DNA of 63,983 nucleotides, filler included, from Octopus bimaculoides (lineage: Eukaryota), in assembly GCF_001194135.2 (NCBI RefSeq). It is 5 parts of 5 records of this genome, joined end to end, with 100 filler letters (N's around TTAATTAATTAA, not from the genome) between each part and the next. Parts side by side here need not be neighbours in the genome. Positions count along the whole stretch, not along the records: positions 1 to 31,304 come from NC_068984.1; 4 more parts are not named here. One strand, written 5' to 3'. Made by a program: the position numbers and the translations under genes. The notes below the pieces were generated by a model. It ran no database searches, was not told where the DNA came from, and saw only the letters and a list, made by a program, of their open reading frames with translations. Positions 14,923 through 28,451 of the stretch are shown piece by piece (within the stretch, counting starts at the first letter, position 1; each line of letters begins with the position of its first letter).

Positions 14923-17461
14923 TAAACTGAAGCAATGGCGAAGACGACAATTGCAAGATTTGCACCTCAGGCAGCAAAAATGCCGGATCGCTTTTTATTC
15001 CGTCGCTGTAACGATTTCGCTAGGTCACAAACCAATGTGCGGGTAAAACCCTTGTAGCATGCTATGCAAAGTTCGGCTAGAGTTATCGGTTACCTGATGT
15101 CATCATATATGGGAAAAGCTTTTGTTATAGGATGTACATCAGGAGTTGCATATTATCTGTAGAGTTGATATAAATGGATAAATGATAGAACACGTTCTTT
15201 GTTTTAAATCCCTACAATTGTTTCGGCCTATGTTTACAGTCGTACTGCATTAATGAGATGTCGTGTTATCGTTCTCATCTATCTAATGTGTAAACTGCAC
15301 CTAGGAGCTTACGAAGAACTTACTTAAATAATGTTTAAATAACTCCTTCTTAAGTTTATCTAAACATATATATATATGTATGCATGTATGTATGTATGTA
15401 TGTATGTATGTATGCATATATTACAAAGCAGTCTTTAGGCATAAGCAAATTAAAGTTGGATAAATTATACTTGTGGCATATTACAACTGCTAAAACCCAA
15501 ATTCGCTGCATTTACCGTGAAAATACCGTGAAGAGATTTTTTTTTTCTCCACGGTAGCTGCAGTGAATTTCTCTTCACGGTACAGGCAGTTATGTGTATA
15601 TGTAGACATACATATGTTTTAGCACGCGTATATACATATATCTCAAATACATGTGCGTACGTAAGTGTGTGTGTGTGTGCGCGTGTGTGTGTTTGATATA
15701 CAGAATTTAAAACTTGAATTATTAACAAATCGTTACACTCAATAGTGGTAAGTAGACCAAATTTACATATGTAAATTCTGTATATAGAGAAAAAAGCTTT
15801 GGAGCACAAATTTCATGAGGAGTAGCAACATTTTTACTGTCGTAAATATATGTGTGTGTGTGTGTTGCTGCTCGTGTGCGTTTGTGTGTATGAATATATG
15901 AATGCAGGTATGCATATATATATATATATATATATATATGTATAGGTGTGTTTATAGGCGTGCGCGTGTGTATACTTATATATACACATATAACATACAG
16001 ATAGATTATATGTATAGATAGATATAATTACACGTGTACATAAATATATGCATACATGCACACTAACAGGTACACACACACATATCCCTATATATATGTA
16101 TACTTCGCATATTCTTTCATATATATNNNNNNNNNNNNNNNNNNNNNNNNNNNNNNNNNNNNNNNNNNNNNNNNNNNNNNNNNNNNNNNNNNNNNNNNNN
16201 NNNNNNNNNNNNNNNNNNNNNNNNNNNNNNNNNNNNNNNNNNNNNNNNNNNNNNNNNNNNNNNNNNNNNNNNNNNNNNNNNNNNNNNNNNNNNNNNNNNN
16301 NNNNNNNNNNNNNNNNNNNNNNNNNNNNNNNNNNNNNNNNNNNNNNNNNNNNNNNNNNNNNNNNNNNNNNNNNNNNNNNNNNNNNNNNNNNNNNNNNNNN
16401 NNNNNNNNNNNNNNNNNNNNNNNNNNNNNNNNNNNNNNNNNNNNNNNNNNNNNNNNNNNNNNNNNNNNNNNNNNNNNNNNNNNNNNNNNNNNNNNNNNNN
16501 NNNNATATATATATATATATATATATATATAAGCTTAAATTGGAAGTACAAAGCATGAATATTCGATAAAACGTTCACTCAAGTAGAAAAGTGAACACTA
16601 CCAATGAGGTCACAATATGTGCAGTATAAAAGTACTTTTCTGAAAGTTTGTATATTTAGTAAATTTTCTCGAACATACTATTAAGATTCAACGGAAAGAA
16701 CGGAATAAAATTATACATTTATTCATGAGTTATCGAAAAAATTATTCACCAAAATCACTCTAGTGTGATCCATATTAGATTTTATAATAAACTTGATTCA
16801 ACCTAAATTTTTTAAATGCAGATCCAAATTTAGAAAATTTGAAATCGATTTAAAAAAAAAAAAGACAGGATTTACATTAATAATAGAAATAATGTTTTGT
16901 TTTGTATTTTAGATCGAAAGATCATGACAACAGTTTTAATTATAATTCCATTCCATTGATACAAAATAAGAAGCTTCTCGATCGTTTCTTGACAAGTTAC
17001 TGTTACTAAGCCTCACCGTGTTCAAATTCCACCCCTGGATACACTTGACTCTTTCTCCAACATATTCTCGTCTATCAGAGCCCCATTGGCTGAATATAAC
17101 GTTGTTGATGTCATACAAATTTAGAAATTTGGTGAAATAATTCGTTTTTTGTTTTTCATTTTCTTTGGGAGTGGTCACACTCGAAGCCGCTGAACCTATA
17201 AATTCTAGCGTGTAAATATTTGGTATAAATATAACAGAAATCCTAGCATTGGACCAAAGCAATCTTTCGAATGTTTCTACTCATTTTAGAAACATTATTC
17301 TCACTTACGATAATTTTATATTTTTGACGTCATTAGAATTTAGAAAGTTCGAGAGAGCGAGAAATAATTTTTTGTACAAGTGTAGTATCTCCCTTCTTTG
17401 TTCATTAAACAAAGAAGAACATCATTCTTACACCTAGGGCAAGCGTCTTCTACTATAGCAC

Positions 17462-18006
17462 CGAACCGCGAAGTTTTTTTTTCCAACGAGAGTTCCGGAC
17501 TTCAATAATGAACTCATTTGCATACAGCGGGTCAGAGCAGAGCCACCTTTATCCTTTCTTCCTTTCTAGTCAGCACCGTGCATCCTTACTCTTTCCCTCT
17601 CTCCTGACAGATAGCAACCGTTTTTCAATATTGAAAAAATTTTTCGCTATCACTACAAATACTACTGTCTCGAACTGTACTGTTTCTGGGAAAAAATGAA
17701 ATAACTCCAGCAATTTAGTGTGGGCAGGTGTATGTATTATTGTGCCAACATCGGATAACCAGGGAACATCGAAGGATCAACACCAAGAAGGAAGAAATAT
17801 TATTTACATATATCCATTCGTTTGACCGACAGGTAGTTAGAGGACAGGAGTTACTGTCTGCCAGTAGAGAGGGAAGGAGTAAGGAATGCACGGTACTGAC
17901 TAGAAATGAAGAAAGGATAAAGGTGGCTCTGCTCTGATTGGCTGTATGCAAATGAGGTCATTACTGGGCTCCAGAACACTCGTGGGAAAAAAATAGCCAC
18001 GGGCCG
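17462..18006. mobile_element. Fold-back/MITE-like element with ~155-bp imperfect inverted arms, inserted into a family 1 SINE
   Basis: 17462-17618 is the reverse complement of 17850-18006; the SINE halves continue on either side. Confidence 0.75.
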
Positions 18007-18800
18007 AACAAAGCACTGTGAGTGGATTTGGTTTGGTTGTTGAAGACTGGAAGAAGCCCCACGTATATGCATGTGTGTGAGCGTGCGTGGTGGTGGGGGT
18101 GAGGTGAGCATGTGTGCAATTGTGTGTGCGGGAGTGTGTGTCTTTGTGCTTCTGTTTGCTTCGCCATGCTTTTGAAACGTAAAAAGTACCACGAATAACA
18201 AAAATAAGTACTGATTTTCGATCTATTCGACTTAACCCGTTCAAATCCGTGCCCCAGCATGGCCGCAGTCCAATGAGTGATACAAGTAAATAATGAAACA
18301 ATTCTAAACATGTATAATAAAATCTATATCTCCTATCATTTTGCAAAATTTATAACCTGTATCTCAGTTCAGAATTCTTAATTATTAAGAAAACGACACA
18401 TGACGTTTAGACATTTCTAGAGAATACTCTTTCTTATTTAATATGAACCAAATCCTTTAGAAGACCAATAATATCGATTCATTCTTTAGTTTATATTTTA
18501 AATACTTGGTAATAACATATAAAACAAAGATGAAGATAAAATATTGCAATTTAATTTCATTTTATAATATAATCTTTCTTCCAAATAAAAACCACTTAAG
18601 ATACTTTATTACATAGAATTAACAAATACCATTGAGATTCCTAATGCCAGTAAACAATCATTAGAAAATATGAAGATTAAGAGTCAAGCTTCTCTTGTAC
18701 GCAAGGAATCTGTTACAGAGAATTAATCCTTATTATTGTGTTTCTGCATAATTATAAACAATCATTGCAAAATGTAAGGACTGAAAAACATTCATCACTT

Positions 18801-19176
18801 ACTCTTTTACTTGTTTCAGTCCTTTGACTGCGGCCATGCTGGAGCACCGCCTGTAGTCGAGCAAATCGACCCCAGGACTTATTCATTGTAAGCCTAGTAC
18901 TTATTCTATCGGTCCCTTTTGCCGAACCGCTAAGTTACGGGGACCTAAACACACCAGCATCGCTTGTCAAGCGATGTGGGTGGGGGGACAAACACAGACA
19001 CACAAACACACATATATGTATACATATACATATACATACGACGGGCTTCTTTCAGTTTCCGTCTACCAAATCCACTCACAAGGCTTTGGTTGGTCCGAGG
19101 CTATAGTAGAAGACACTTGCCCAAGGTGCCACGCATGTGGTTGGTAAGCAGGCTACTTACCACACAGCCACTCCTG
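18801..19176 (-). mobile_element. SINE family 1 copy with B-box region deleted
   Basis: Near-consensus; lacks gtgggactgaacccggaacca between ccacgca and tgtggttgg. Confidence 0.92.
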
Positions 19177-19930
19177 AAAAGCAATACCAGAATATTTTCT
19201 ATGTCGATGTTGAAGTATATGCTAAAAATATATATATGTGTGTAAATTTTGAAGTGTATACGGATATATAGAGACAGAGAGACGGAGACAGCGAGAGAAG
19301 TGGGCAAGCAATTTCGCATATACAAAAAAATCAGGATGCACTCATATACACAGTCATTCACAAATATGCATAGCCACGCATGCACACATACAAATACTCA
19401 CATACACATTTATACGCCAGCCATTATTATCAGCTTCAAGTATATATAGCAGAAATGATCTTGACCTTAATAAACTCCTTGTTAAATAAATCCATGGAAC
19501 AAATACGTTGTATAAATCAAGTGGTTTGAAAGTCAATAAATAATTAAAGCAATCAAAATATATTTAATCTGTAAATATGCTTCAATATACTTATAATTAA
19601 CTTTTCATCCTCCTCGACGTGGTAGCACTTATATTCCACAAGTAATATTGGAGAATAGGAGAAGAAAGCTTCTATAAATAACAGACAATACCACTAATCG
19701 TTATGTTTTGAATAATTTCACACAACTTAAAAGGTTATCCGATATTAGAGGTTTTCTAAGTTCAAAATTATTAAGAACCAGCACCGAGTTGCTGATAACA
19801 AATGCAGCACGTGTATCTTAGTGCATCAGTAGATATCGCTTTGTTTCAATTTTATTGTTTATCTTTTACTTGTACATTATTTACACTATTAACACGGGAC
19901 CGATATGTGTCATCACCTTGTTTATTGATA

Positions 19931-20044
19931 CCACAAGGTTACAGCTGATTTACTCTCCAGCTTCCGTTATTACCACAACGTTACGGCTGATTTACTCTCC
20001 AGACATCGTTGTTACCACAATGTTACGGCTGATTTACTCTCCAG
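19931..20044. repeat. 42-bp minisatellite x2.7
   Basis: Units start at 19931, 19973 and 20015 (ccacaa.gttac.gctgatttactctccag + 12 variable bp). Confidence 0.9.
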
Positions 20045-20305
20045 GCTTACCATTTAGATATATAAACATATTTGAGCATGTTTGTATGTATTTTGTGTGT
20101 TTCACTTTATGTTATCCCGTCACTATTTGAGAACTGGTGTTGCTTTATCTACGTCCCCGTGCCATTAACGGTTCAGCAAATTGATCGATAGAATAAATTC
20201 CAGATTGAAAAATAAGTACTAGTGTCGATTTCTTCAACTAAACAAACACTTCAAATCGGCGCCCCAGCATGGGCGCAATGTAATGGCTGCAGCAAGAAGA
20301 AGCAA

Positions 20306-20547
20306 GGCGGCGAGCTGGCAGAATCGTAAGCGCGGCGGGCGGAATGCTTAGCGGTATTTCGTCTGCCGTTACGTTCTGGGTTCGAATTCCACCGTGGTCA
20401 ACTTTGCCTTTCATCCTTTCGGGGTCGATAAATTAAGTACCAGTTACGCACTGGGGTCGATGTAATCGACTTAATCCCTTTGTCTGTCCTTGTTTGTCCC
20501 CTCTACGTTTAGCCCCTTCTGGGCAATAAAGAAATAAGAAGAAATAA
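20306..20547 (+). mobile_element. SINE family 2, full length
   Basis: ggcggcgagctggcagaatcg (A box) ... gggttcgaattcc (B box) ... tttcatcctttcggggtcgataaattaagtaccag ... aataaagaaataa tail. Confidence 0.92.
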
Positions 20548-21139
20548 ATGATAAGATCCTATACCAGAGGGATTAACAGGAATGCTGTTAATGTCTCCGG
20601 AGCGGTAAAATTCAAGTCCTTACATCTGATGGTTATTGTTTATTAAACATACGAAACGATTCAGTAATTGACTGCAAACATGAATATGAAAAGGCCTTCA
20701 AAAACTAATTGAATATACATCTGAACTAACATAAACTCTCTCTCTCTATCATTTTGATGGTAAGGATTGTGAAAAAGATTGAGTTGAACCGAATCATACA
20801 CACATGGGATGTAGCACCATGAAGCAAGCAATAATCGATATATCTTTTCATGTTATCAATCCGAAACTGTTATATTAATGTCTATATTTATATAAATATT
20901 CTTTATAAGTGATCTTATCAATACCTTAAATTTATTAAGTAAACATATTTACATTCTAACATGAACTGCTTGACTAAATTTTGTTATATTCCACTTACGA
21001 TCCCGGTCATGCTGGACTAATATTCCTGCTAGATTCTGTTGCTACTAATATGCTAGTAATATGATTTGATTTTATCTGTGTTTCATTTTATTATTACTTT
21101 CTTATCTAACTGTTTTACTGATTTCATTTATTGGCGGCG

Positions 21140-21538
21140 CCTAAAGGTGTTCACTGGAACAAATCAACCACGGTGCTTATATCCTTGATACGTCTGTAGG
21201 GACCGCTAGGTCATGAGAGCGTAAACAAACACCAGATATTGAAAGGTAACACGGTACTAACACACACAAGGTACTAACACACACACAAGCGTACACAATT
21301 ATATATATGCGCGCGTGTGTGTATGTGTGTGCGTGTGTACAAATATGCACGCATACACACACACACACACACTCATAGAGCAGGCTTCCACGGATCTTCC
21401 ATCCGTCAAATTCACTCAGAATTTGCTGGCCGGCGCAGACTATAATAACAGACACTTACATAAGGTGTCGCGCAGTGGGACTGAACCCGAAGGCGCGTGG
21501 TTGCAATGTGAGCTTCTTCACCACCCAACTATGCCTGC
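21140..21538 (-). mobile_element. Old, diverged SINE family 1 relative
   Basis: aaggtgtcgcgcagtgggactgaacccg, internal TA/TG tract, gtaaacaaacacc. Confidence 0.7.
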
Positions 21539-23899
21539 GACTATTTATGCTCCTTTATCAAAACTAATAACATATCGCTTACCAACGAATATAGTGCATC
21601 CTATACCGTTATGATATTTGCGTTCTATGGTTGCATCCGGTAAATGGATAGCGCAATTCAATCACTGTAGCTTTGCTAGATATATGAATAACTCACATTG
21701 TATTGATAAAGCTTTCCAGGTTGTGAATCACCTCTTTACTGTTATATCAGTCCTGTGTTTGTTCATATATGTCCTTTAATTGGTTAGTTATATATTACGT
21801 GTAGAATTGTTAGGTAATGAATGAATTATATTGTTTTCCTATGCTTGTCAGTAGGTGCAGTTACCTACATACGTGGTTATGAGAATGTATATGGGTGTAG
21901 ATATACGATAGTGTGTATGTATATGCGTGCCTCTGCTTAAATATATGCATATTTGTATATATAGGGAAGGTGTGTGGCATACTGGTTAAGGTATGCGGCA
22001 CACGATCGTAAGATATCCCACAGCGCGTTAATATAGGCATTTTATTTCATGTTGCTCCAGTCATGATCTAGTCGACCCATCTGGCAAGAATGAATTGTCC
22101 TTGTATTTCAAAGGGCCAGCCTTTTGACATTCTGTATCAGGCCGAAATTTCTTGAGAACTACGTTAAGTGTTCGCGTGTCTGCGGAGAACTCTTGCACAA
22201 TAATTTCACGAGGAGGCTATATCCTTGGTCGCATCAACTGGAACACTCGTTGTTGTAAATGAACGAGTGGCAGTTAAATAATCGTGTATGCGTATGCACG
22301 TTGTGCCTGTGTGTGTACGTTCTGTGTCTATGAGTTCATAAAGGGCCTATGTCTAATCCTACGCTGCCATCCCTTAACATGTACGGGATTATCAAATACT
22401 TTCCTTTTGTTTTTCCTTTTTTTTTTCTATTTATGTGAATCCATTCCAACGTTATTGGAATTAACACGAAAAATATTTTTATCGATGTGATTCATTTATT
22501 GATTCGCTCCCTTTTGTCTCTCTACAAAATTTAGTTATTGTATTTGAAATTTAAATATACAGAATATCAAAGAACCAAATAGACTTTATCTGATTAATCA
22601 ACATTTATGTTATATAAATCAGTTTGACATTATAACTTGCAGATCACAGTGTTTTAAGCTTGACAATAATTTCTCACAGTTCATTTCATTACTTCAGTTG
22701 GGTCATGATTTATGAAACGTAGAACTTAGCGAAAATGTGTTTAATATTTAAGTGCTTTTAAAGTATTTGCGATTTTCTATTATGAAAATGGATTACTACG
22801 TTGTATCAGTTTCACCAATGAATGTTTGTTTATGTATGTATATATGTATGTATGTATGTATTCTTGATGTAATTTCGTGAGTTGAAACAAATTGTGTTGT
22901 GTCTTAACGAAGTAAGTTTTTCCAATGATAATGACACACACCCTAGTTCAATTCCGCTTCTTTATTGATAAACGATTGCTTAAATATCCGCCCAGCTAAC
23001 TCAGCGATCGCCAGATATGTTGACTACAAAATCAAAAAGTTGTTTGTTAGTAAAAGTTCATTCGCAACCTTTTAAGTTCGCGATTTGTTCAGCTAGCGAG
23101 GGGCGACGACATAACTTTTATTAACTAACATCCGGTTAATTGTTTAACCAGCACGTTAAACAGATGATCGATTAATTAGTTGGTTAGATAATTAACCAAT
23201 TGACTAACAATAAAGAAGTGGCATTGAACCAGTGCGTTTGCGACGAGACGGATAAAATTCTTAGCGGCATTTTGATTGGTCTTGAGTTAACACTCTGAGC
23301 GAAAATTCCGCCATTTTTGGGTCGATAAAATAAGTACCAGTTGGTTACTGGAGTCGATATAATTGATATGCCCCCCTCTCCCGAGCTTGCTAGACATGTG
23401 GCAACATTTGAAATTAATATTATGTTAATGGAAGGCGACTATATTAGGTTAATGTAAGGCAGAATAATTACCACACAGGAAGAACTGCTTCGCGGTATTT
23501 CTGCTCAGCGAATTTAAGTCCTGGGTTCAAATGCCGATGACGTCGATTTTGCTTTTCATCCTTTCGGGGTCTATAAAATAAGTCCCAGTTGAAAACTGGC
23601 GTCAATGTAACCGACTCGTCCCCACCGCAAAAATAGCTGACTTTGTGCCAAAATGTGTAGCCAGTAATATGTTAATGCGGTGAATGATAAGTCAGAGCTC
23701 CAGACAGAATGCATTTTGTGTGTCCCATTGCGTAACTTATGTTTTGAGTTCAAATTGAGTTCAAATTGAGTTCAAATTGAGTTCAAAGTAGGCTTGCAAA
23801 AATATGACCCATGCAATTTCCCGTTTCAAACGCGCTCGTTCCTAATCTGATGTTTTCTAGTGATATAAGAGATTCTCACTGCCAATGCCGCCATAATCA

Positions 23900-24109
23900 C
23901 CATGAATTTTATCATGATGTTGATGATGTTGATGATGATGACCTTCCACAGCTATCACAAACAAAACATCACTAGCATCATGCATCATTATGAACACCGC
24001 CATCATCCTCACCAACATTATCCTTCCTCATTATCTGTCGTCGTCATCATCAACACTTTCACTACCACCACCAACAACAACAATGACAACTATCACCACC
24101 ATCACCATT

Positions 24110-24145
<36 letters not shown>

Positions 24146-24290
24146 GTCACCATCATCATCATCACCATCATCATCATCATCGGCATCATCATCAGCGTCA
24201 TTGCCATCCACTTCGTCATTGTCATCTCAACAAATACGTTTTCGTTCACCGTCACAATCATCGTCGCTGATACCGCCATTACCGTTGATA
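23900..24290. repeat. (CAT)n/(CAC)n trinucleotide low-complexity tract
   Basis: Direct reading; generates poly-His/Ile/Met pseudo-ORFs. Confidence 0.92.
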
Positions 24291-24330
24291 AAATTGTTAT
24301 TTCTTTTTAATTGAATTATCCTTTAAATAA

Positions 24331-24359
24331 AATCTAATCGGTCTCTTCTATATTTTCAG
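24331..24359 (+). promoter_or_regulatory. Candidate 3' splice site for the GPCR terminal exon
   Basis: tctaat branch-like motif, pyrimidine tract and ttttcag| at 24359, about 965 nt upstream of the ATG. No transcript evidence. Confidence 0.4.
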
Positions 24360-25324
24360 CTGCTCTGGTAATCGAATTATTGCTGCTTTGTCAAAAGAAT
24401 AATCCGGAGAGAAATCCACACTGTCTATGTTAACTGCAGAAGGATTTAGCGAAAAACGCATTATCAACATGGAAAAAAATAAATGGTTGTTCTCATCAAC
24501 TATTCATAGTTTTTCGTCATAGAGCATGGAATGGAGACATATCTAACAAAAACATTTGGAATTCATTCAACAATGCACAGCTTCAAGACATTCTTAGTCG
24601 CTGTCTCTAAATATATACGCCAGCTTTCTATTATTGACGCTTTCGAAAATATTTCATAACTCGGAAGTTTATGTAAGAAAAATAAATACGTGTAAGAATA
24701 TAAATACGACCCATTCAAATCACACTTATATATCAATATATCTAAACAGTATTCATAGTCATTGAAACAGGCGTTTGTATACACAATGTCTGGAGAACAC
24801 AGCATGCTCATTGAAACTTTAGTGACAATAGATTAATTGAAATCACGCGGAACTTGTGAAAAGAATAAATAGATGTTTGTTGCATCACTTTAGAAAACGC
24901 ACGTCCCCAACTTGTTCCAGCTAAACTATATTAATATTATCAACTAAATACCGCCGTTATTTAATTTGCCTCCACTGAAACATGTTTCTATACGTGACTC
25001 TTGATTTGGCGAAAGATTTGGCTTCTACAAATGCCTTAGTTTATTTACAGTTCTTTTACACATTCCTATTGTTTTGCTCCTGATTTCGTTTACACACTGA
25101 CAATCATATATGTGAAACTTCTTTTGAAAGTCTCTTATTCAAAAAGGAATTTGATCACCGATTGGTGAAGTCTACTATGCTCCTATTTATAATATCATGG
25201 CAAACTTGATGCTAAAAATCATCGAAACATAGGTTCCAGATTTGGATATTTACATAATTATGAAAGAATAGAACAATGTCCCTTTTTTAAGTAATGATTT
25301 GTGTTATCATAAATATCAATTAAA

Positions 25325-26671
25325 ATGATTACAAGCAACTCAACCATCGATTCTTTGATTTACGACGTGACAAGCATCAAAGCCGGCTACAATGTACTCG
25401 TCCAGTCAACTCTGGAAACATTGGTTCAGTCCAGTGAAGAAAGTTCTGATACAAACAACAACATGGAAGCACTTCGTATGACACGCTTTATCGTTCAAAA
25501 GATATGTGTGCCCATTGTTATATTCTTTGGTGTGGTAAGCAATATACTGAATATTATTGTGCTCACTCACAAGTCCATGAATACATCGACTAATGTTTAT
25601 CTAACAGTTTTGGCAGTCTTTGACACGCTCTATCTTATATTCGGTTTCACGTTGAGTTTGAAACACTTCTCACAGGTTAGCTCTGTTGATGCCTACATCT
25701 ACTGGGTTCCCATTGCACATGTTCTCACAGACATGTGCAGTAACGTGGGTGTATGGCAAACCATCACATTCACAGTGGAACGTTACATCGGTGTCTGTCA
25801 CCCGATCCGTGGACACGTGATTTGTACTCCGCAGCGTGCGCGTATAATTACGGCCATAGTTTCATCCATCGCCATTGCTGTAACTGTCCCTGAGTTTTTT
25901 GAACGCCAGACAGTGAAAAGACTTGATTCAAACAATCAAACAATACTAAGAAATGAATGGACAGAATTTGCAGAAACATACGCCTACGACAAAGGTTATA
26001 ATTGGTTCATAGTTACCTCTTTCACCTTTCTTCCCCTCATATCTCTTGTGTTTTTCAATGGGCTCCTTATAAGGGCTGTTGTCAAAGCCAATAAAATACG
26101 CCGCTTTATGTCAAAGGCGCCATTGCGAAAATCGTCGGAGAAGAGCGGCAGCGAGCAACAGAAAATCACTTTGATGTTAATAAGCGTAGCTTTAGTCTTC
26201 CTCATATGTCAGTTTCCCGGAGCATTACTACTGCTTTACTCAAGAAGCATAGCTCCTGGCAGAAGAGGAAATGACATAAAAATCGCCGCTAATATCACAA
26301 ATCTGCTAGTCCAGATAAATTCTTCGGTTAATTTCATTCTTTATTCTTTAATCAGCACGAAATTCCGACGAACTTTTGCATTAGTGTTCTGCTGTCGCAA
26401 AAGAGCGATAGCACGCCACACAAATTTTAATCAAACAGAAATCTCTAACATTTATCGAGCTACACCGAGAACATCAGTGGGCGTCACGTGGTGTCCGACA
26501 CGATCGAACGTCGCACCACAAGCGAGTCGAAGTACAGTCAGGACTTTTCCGTTTAAACCTATAGAAAATGGGAGTCCCAAAAAAATGAAAGACTATGTTA
26601 ATTTGGAAGAATACTCTCCTTTCGAAATTTCACCAAATAATTCACCGGACGAAAAAGACAGTGTCTTATAA
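25325..26671 (+). CDS. Class A (rhodopsin-like) neuropeptide GPCR, FMRFamide-receptor-like family, 448 aa, single coding exon
   Basis: Seven hydrophobic segments; TM1 GxxxNxLNIxVL, TM2 YLxxLAxxD, TM3 ERYIGVCHP, TM6 FLICQFP, TM7 NSSVNFILY, helix 8 KFR..FCC; in-frame TAA at 25310 upstream of the ATG. The ligand cannot be assigned from sequence. Confidence 0.93.
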   Translation: MITSNSTIDSLIYDVTSIKAGYNVLVQSTLETLVQSSEESSDTNNNMEALRMTRFIVQKICVPIVIFFGVVSNILNIIVLTHKSMNTSTNVYLTVLAVFDTLYLIFGFTLSLKHFSQVSSVDAYIYWVPIAHVLTDMCSNVGVWQTITFTVERYIGVCHPIRGHVICTPQRARIITAIVSSIAIAVTVPEFFERQTVKRLDSNNQTILRNEWTEFAETYAYDKGYNWFIVTSFTFLPLISLVFFNGLLIRAVVKANKIRRFMSKAPLRKSSEKSGSEQQKITLMLISVALVFLICQFPGALLLLYSRSIAPGRRGNDIKIAANITNLLVQINSSVNFILYSLISTKFRRTFALVFCCRKRAIARHTNFNQTEISNIYRATPRTSVGVTWCPTRSNVAPQASRSTVRTFPFKPIENGSPKKMKDYVNLEEYSPFEISPNNSPDEKDSVL

Positions 26672-27422
26672 GAAAACACTTCAAATCGTCAGGGTGGGAG
26701 ATGTGTTCTTCGAGAGGGATGTGTACAAAAGAAAATGATTTATTCATGTTATTTTTTTCTTTTCCTCATAGATCTGATTTGAAATCTTGCTCTGAGATCA
26801 ACCTTCAGATGGAGTAAATTATATTGAATATGTAACCATACTGTCATGATTGATCCACCGATCTCTTTGAAAAAAACAATTATTAACGATTATTTTAACT
26901 TTTGTCTTTGGGAAAAAAACATCAATAAAATATAAAATCAGACAACATTAAAAACAATGCAAACATCATAAACAAACAAAAACAAACCGATTTGGTTGAC
27001 ATGTATCTAAATGAGAGACATTTTTGACAATTGAATAATGCATTTTTCATTTAAGTTGGTTATTAATTAAGATGGGAGTGATGTGTTTGTAGACATGTGA
27101 TAATGAAAGTGTTTTAAAATGTCAAAGGCATTTATTATATTTTAAAACAAAATTTTCCTCTACAAATTAAAAGCCTCACTAATCATACAAACCATTACAA
27201 TTATATATACAAATANNNNNNNNNNNNNNNNNNNNNNNNNNNNNNNNNNNNNNNNNNNNNNNNNNNNNNNNNNNNNNNNNNNNNNNNNNNNNNNNNNNNN
27301 NNNNNNNNNNNNNNNNNNNNNNNNNNNNNNNNNNNNNNNNNNNNNNNNNNNNNNNNNNNNNNNNNNNNNNNNNNNNNNNNNNNNNNNNNNNNNNNNNNNN
27401 NNNNNNNNNNNNNNNNNNNNNN

Positions 27423-27461
<39 letters not shown>

Positions 27462-27545
27462 TAAATATACATATATAAATATATATATATATATACATTT
27501 ATATATATAACGTAGATATACGTATATATGAATATACATATATAC

Positions 27546-27576
<31 letters not shown>

Positions 27577-28406
27577 CATATATACATATACATATATCTA
27601 TATCTCTATATATATATATACATTCATATAAATATGTGTATATATGTATATATATGTGTATATATATATATATGTATATATACATATATATGTGTGTATG
27701 CATATGTATATATATATATATATATACATATATATATAAATATATATATTTACAATATATATGTGTATATATATGTGTGTATATATATATATGTGTATAT
27801 ATATATGCATATATGTATACGCGTTGTATACTTATAGTCAATAATATAAAAAGTGATATTACTGATAAGTTCACCGAACTCATCGTGGCAATGAAAAATA
27901 TTTGAGGAATTTGACCATACAAGTTCATATGAAAGGTGAGAGGGCGGAAGAGCGATTTTGGAAGTGTGTGAATATGAAATATGAGACATATATATTTTGT
28001 GTAGGTGATCCTCATTTAAAGAAAGTATATCTGCGTTTAAAGAGAGTATGATTTTGATTCTACTGGCAACTGGCGTTCTATATTATTGAATGGAAACTAC
28101 GTTTAGCGTGAATGTTATAGAAAGCGGTAAATTTGAAGTGGCAGTTTTATGTAAATAGTCATAAATGTGTCCCAACTTAGGTGTACAAGTACAAAGGATC
28201 GTAGACTTTTAGAATGACTATGATATTATATAACATACTGTGTTCCTATGTAATATCACAGCGATGAATGTGAGACGTCTTGGCGCAGCCGCTTTGGAGT
28301 ATACTATTTGGCGTTACTAATTCTTACGGTAACTTTTGTGATATAACACATTCCAGTTGTTTTTCTCCTTTCTCCCCTGTGTCAGTCTTTCTCTCCGTCT
28401 CTCTCA

Positions 28407-28451
<45 letters not shown>

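Noticed and set aside
16936-17262. 108-aa minus-strand ORF in unique sequence
   Set aside because: No recognisable motif; flanking frames are broken by stops; the length is within chance expectation.
19931-20044. 30-bp near-constant unit + 12-bp variable part resembling a mini CRISPR array
   Set aside because: Eukaryotic context, no cas genes, and the spacers are too short and similar to each other; it is a minisatellite.
20306-20400. tRNA genes (also 41990-42085 and 62683-62756)
   Set aside because: A and B boxes are present, but no complete cloverleaf acceptor stem is evident and each continues into a repeated SINE body.
23902-24310. His-rich and Met-rich ORFs as metal-binding proteins
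   Set aside because: Pure (CAT)n/(CAC)n repeat open in several frames on both strands.
25996-26205. Antisense ORFs overlapping the GPCR and the F-box CDS (53652-53894, 54487-54696)
   Set aside because: Short shadows of real coding sequence with no independent signal.
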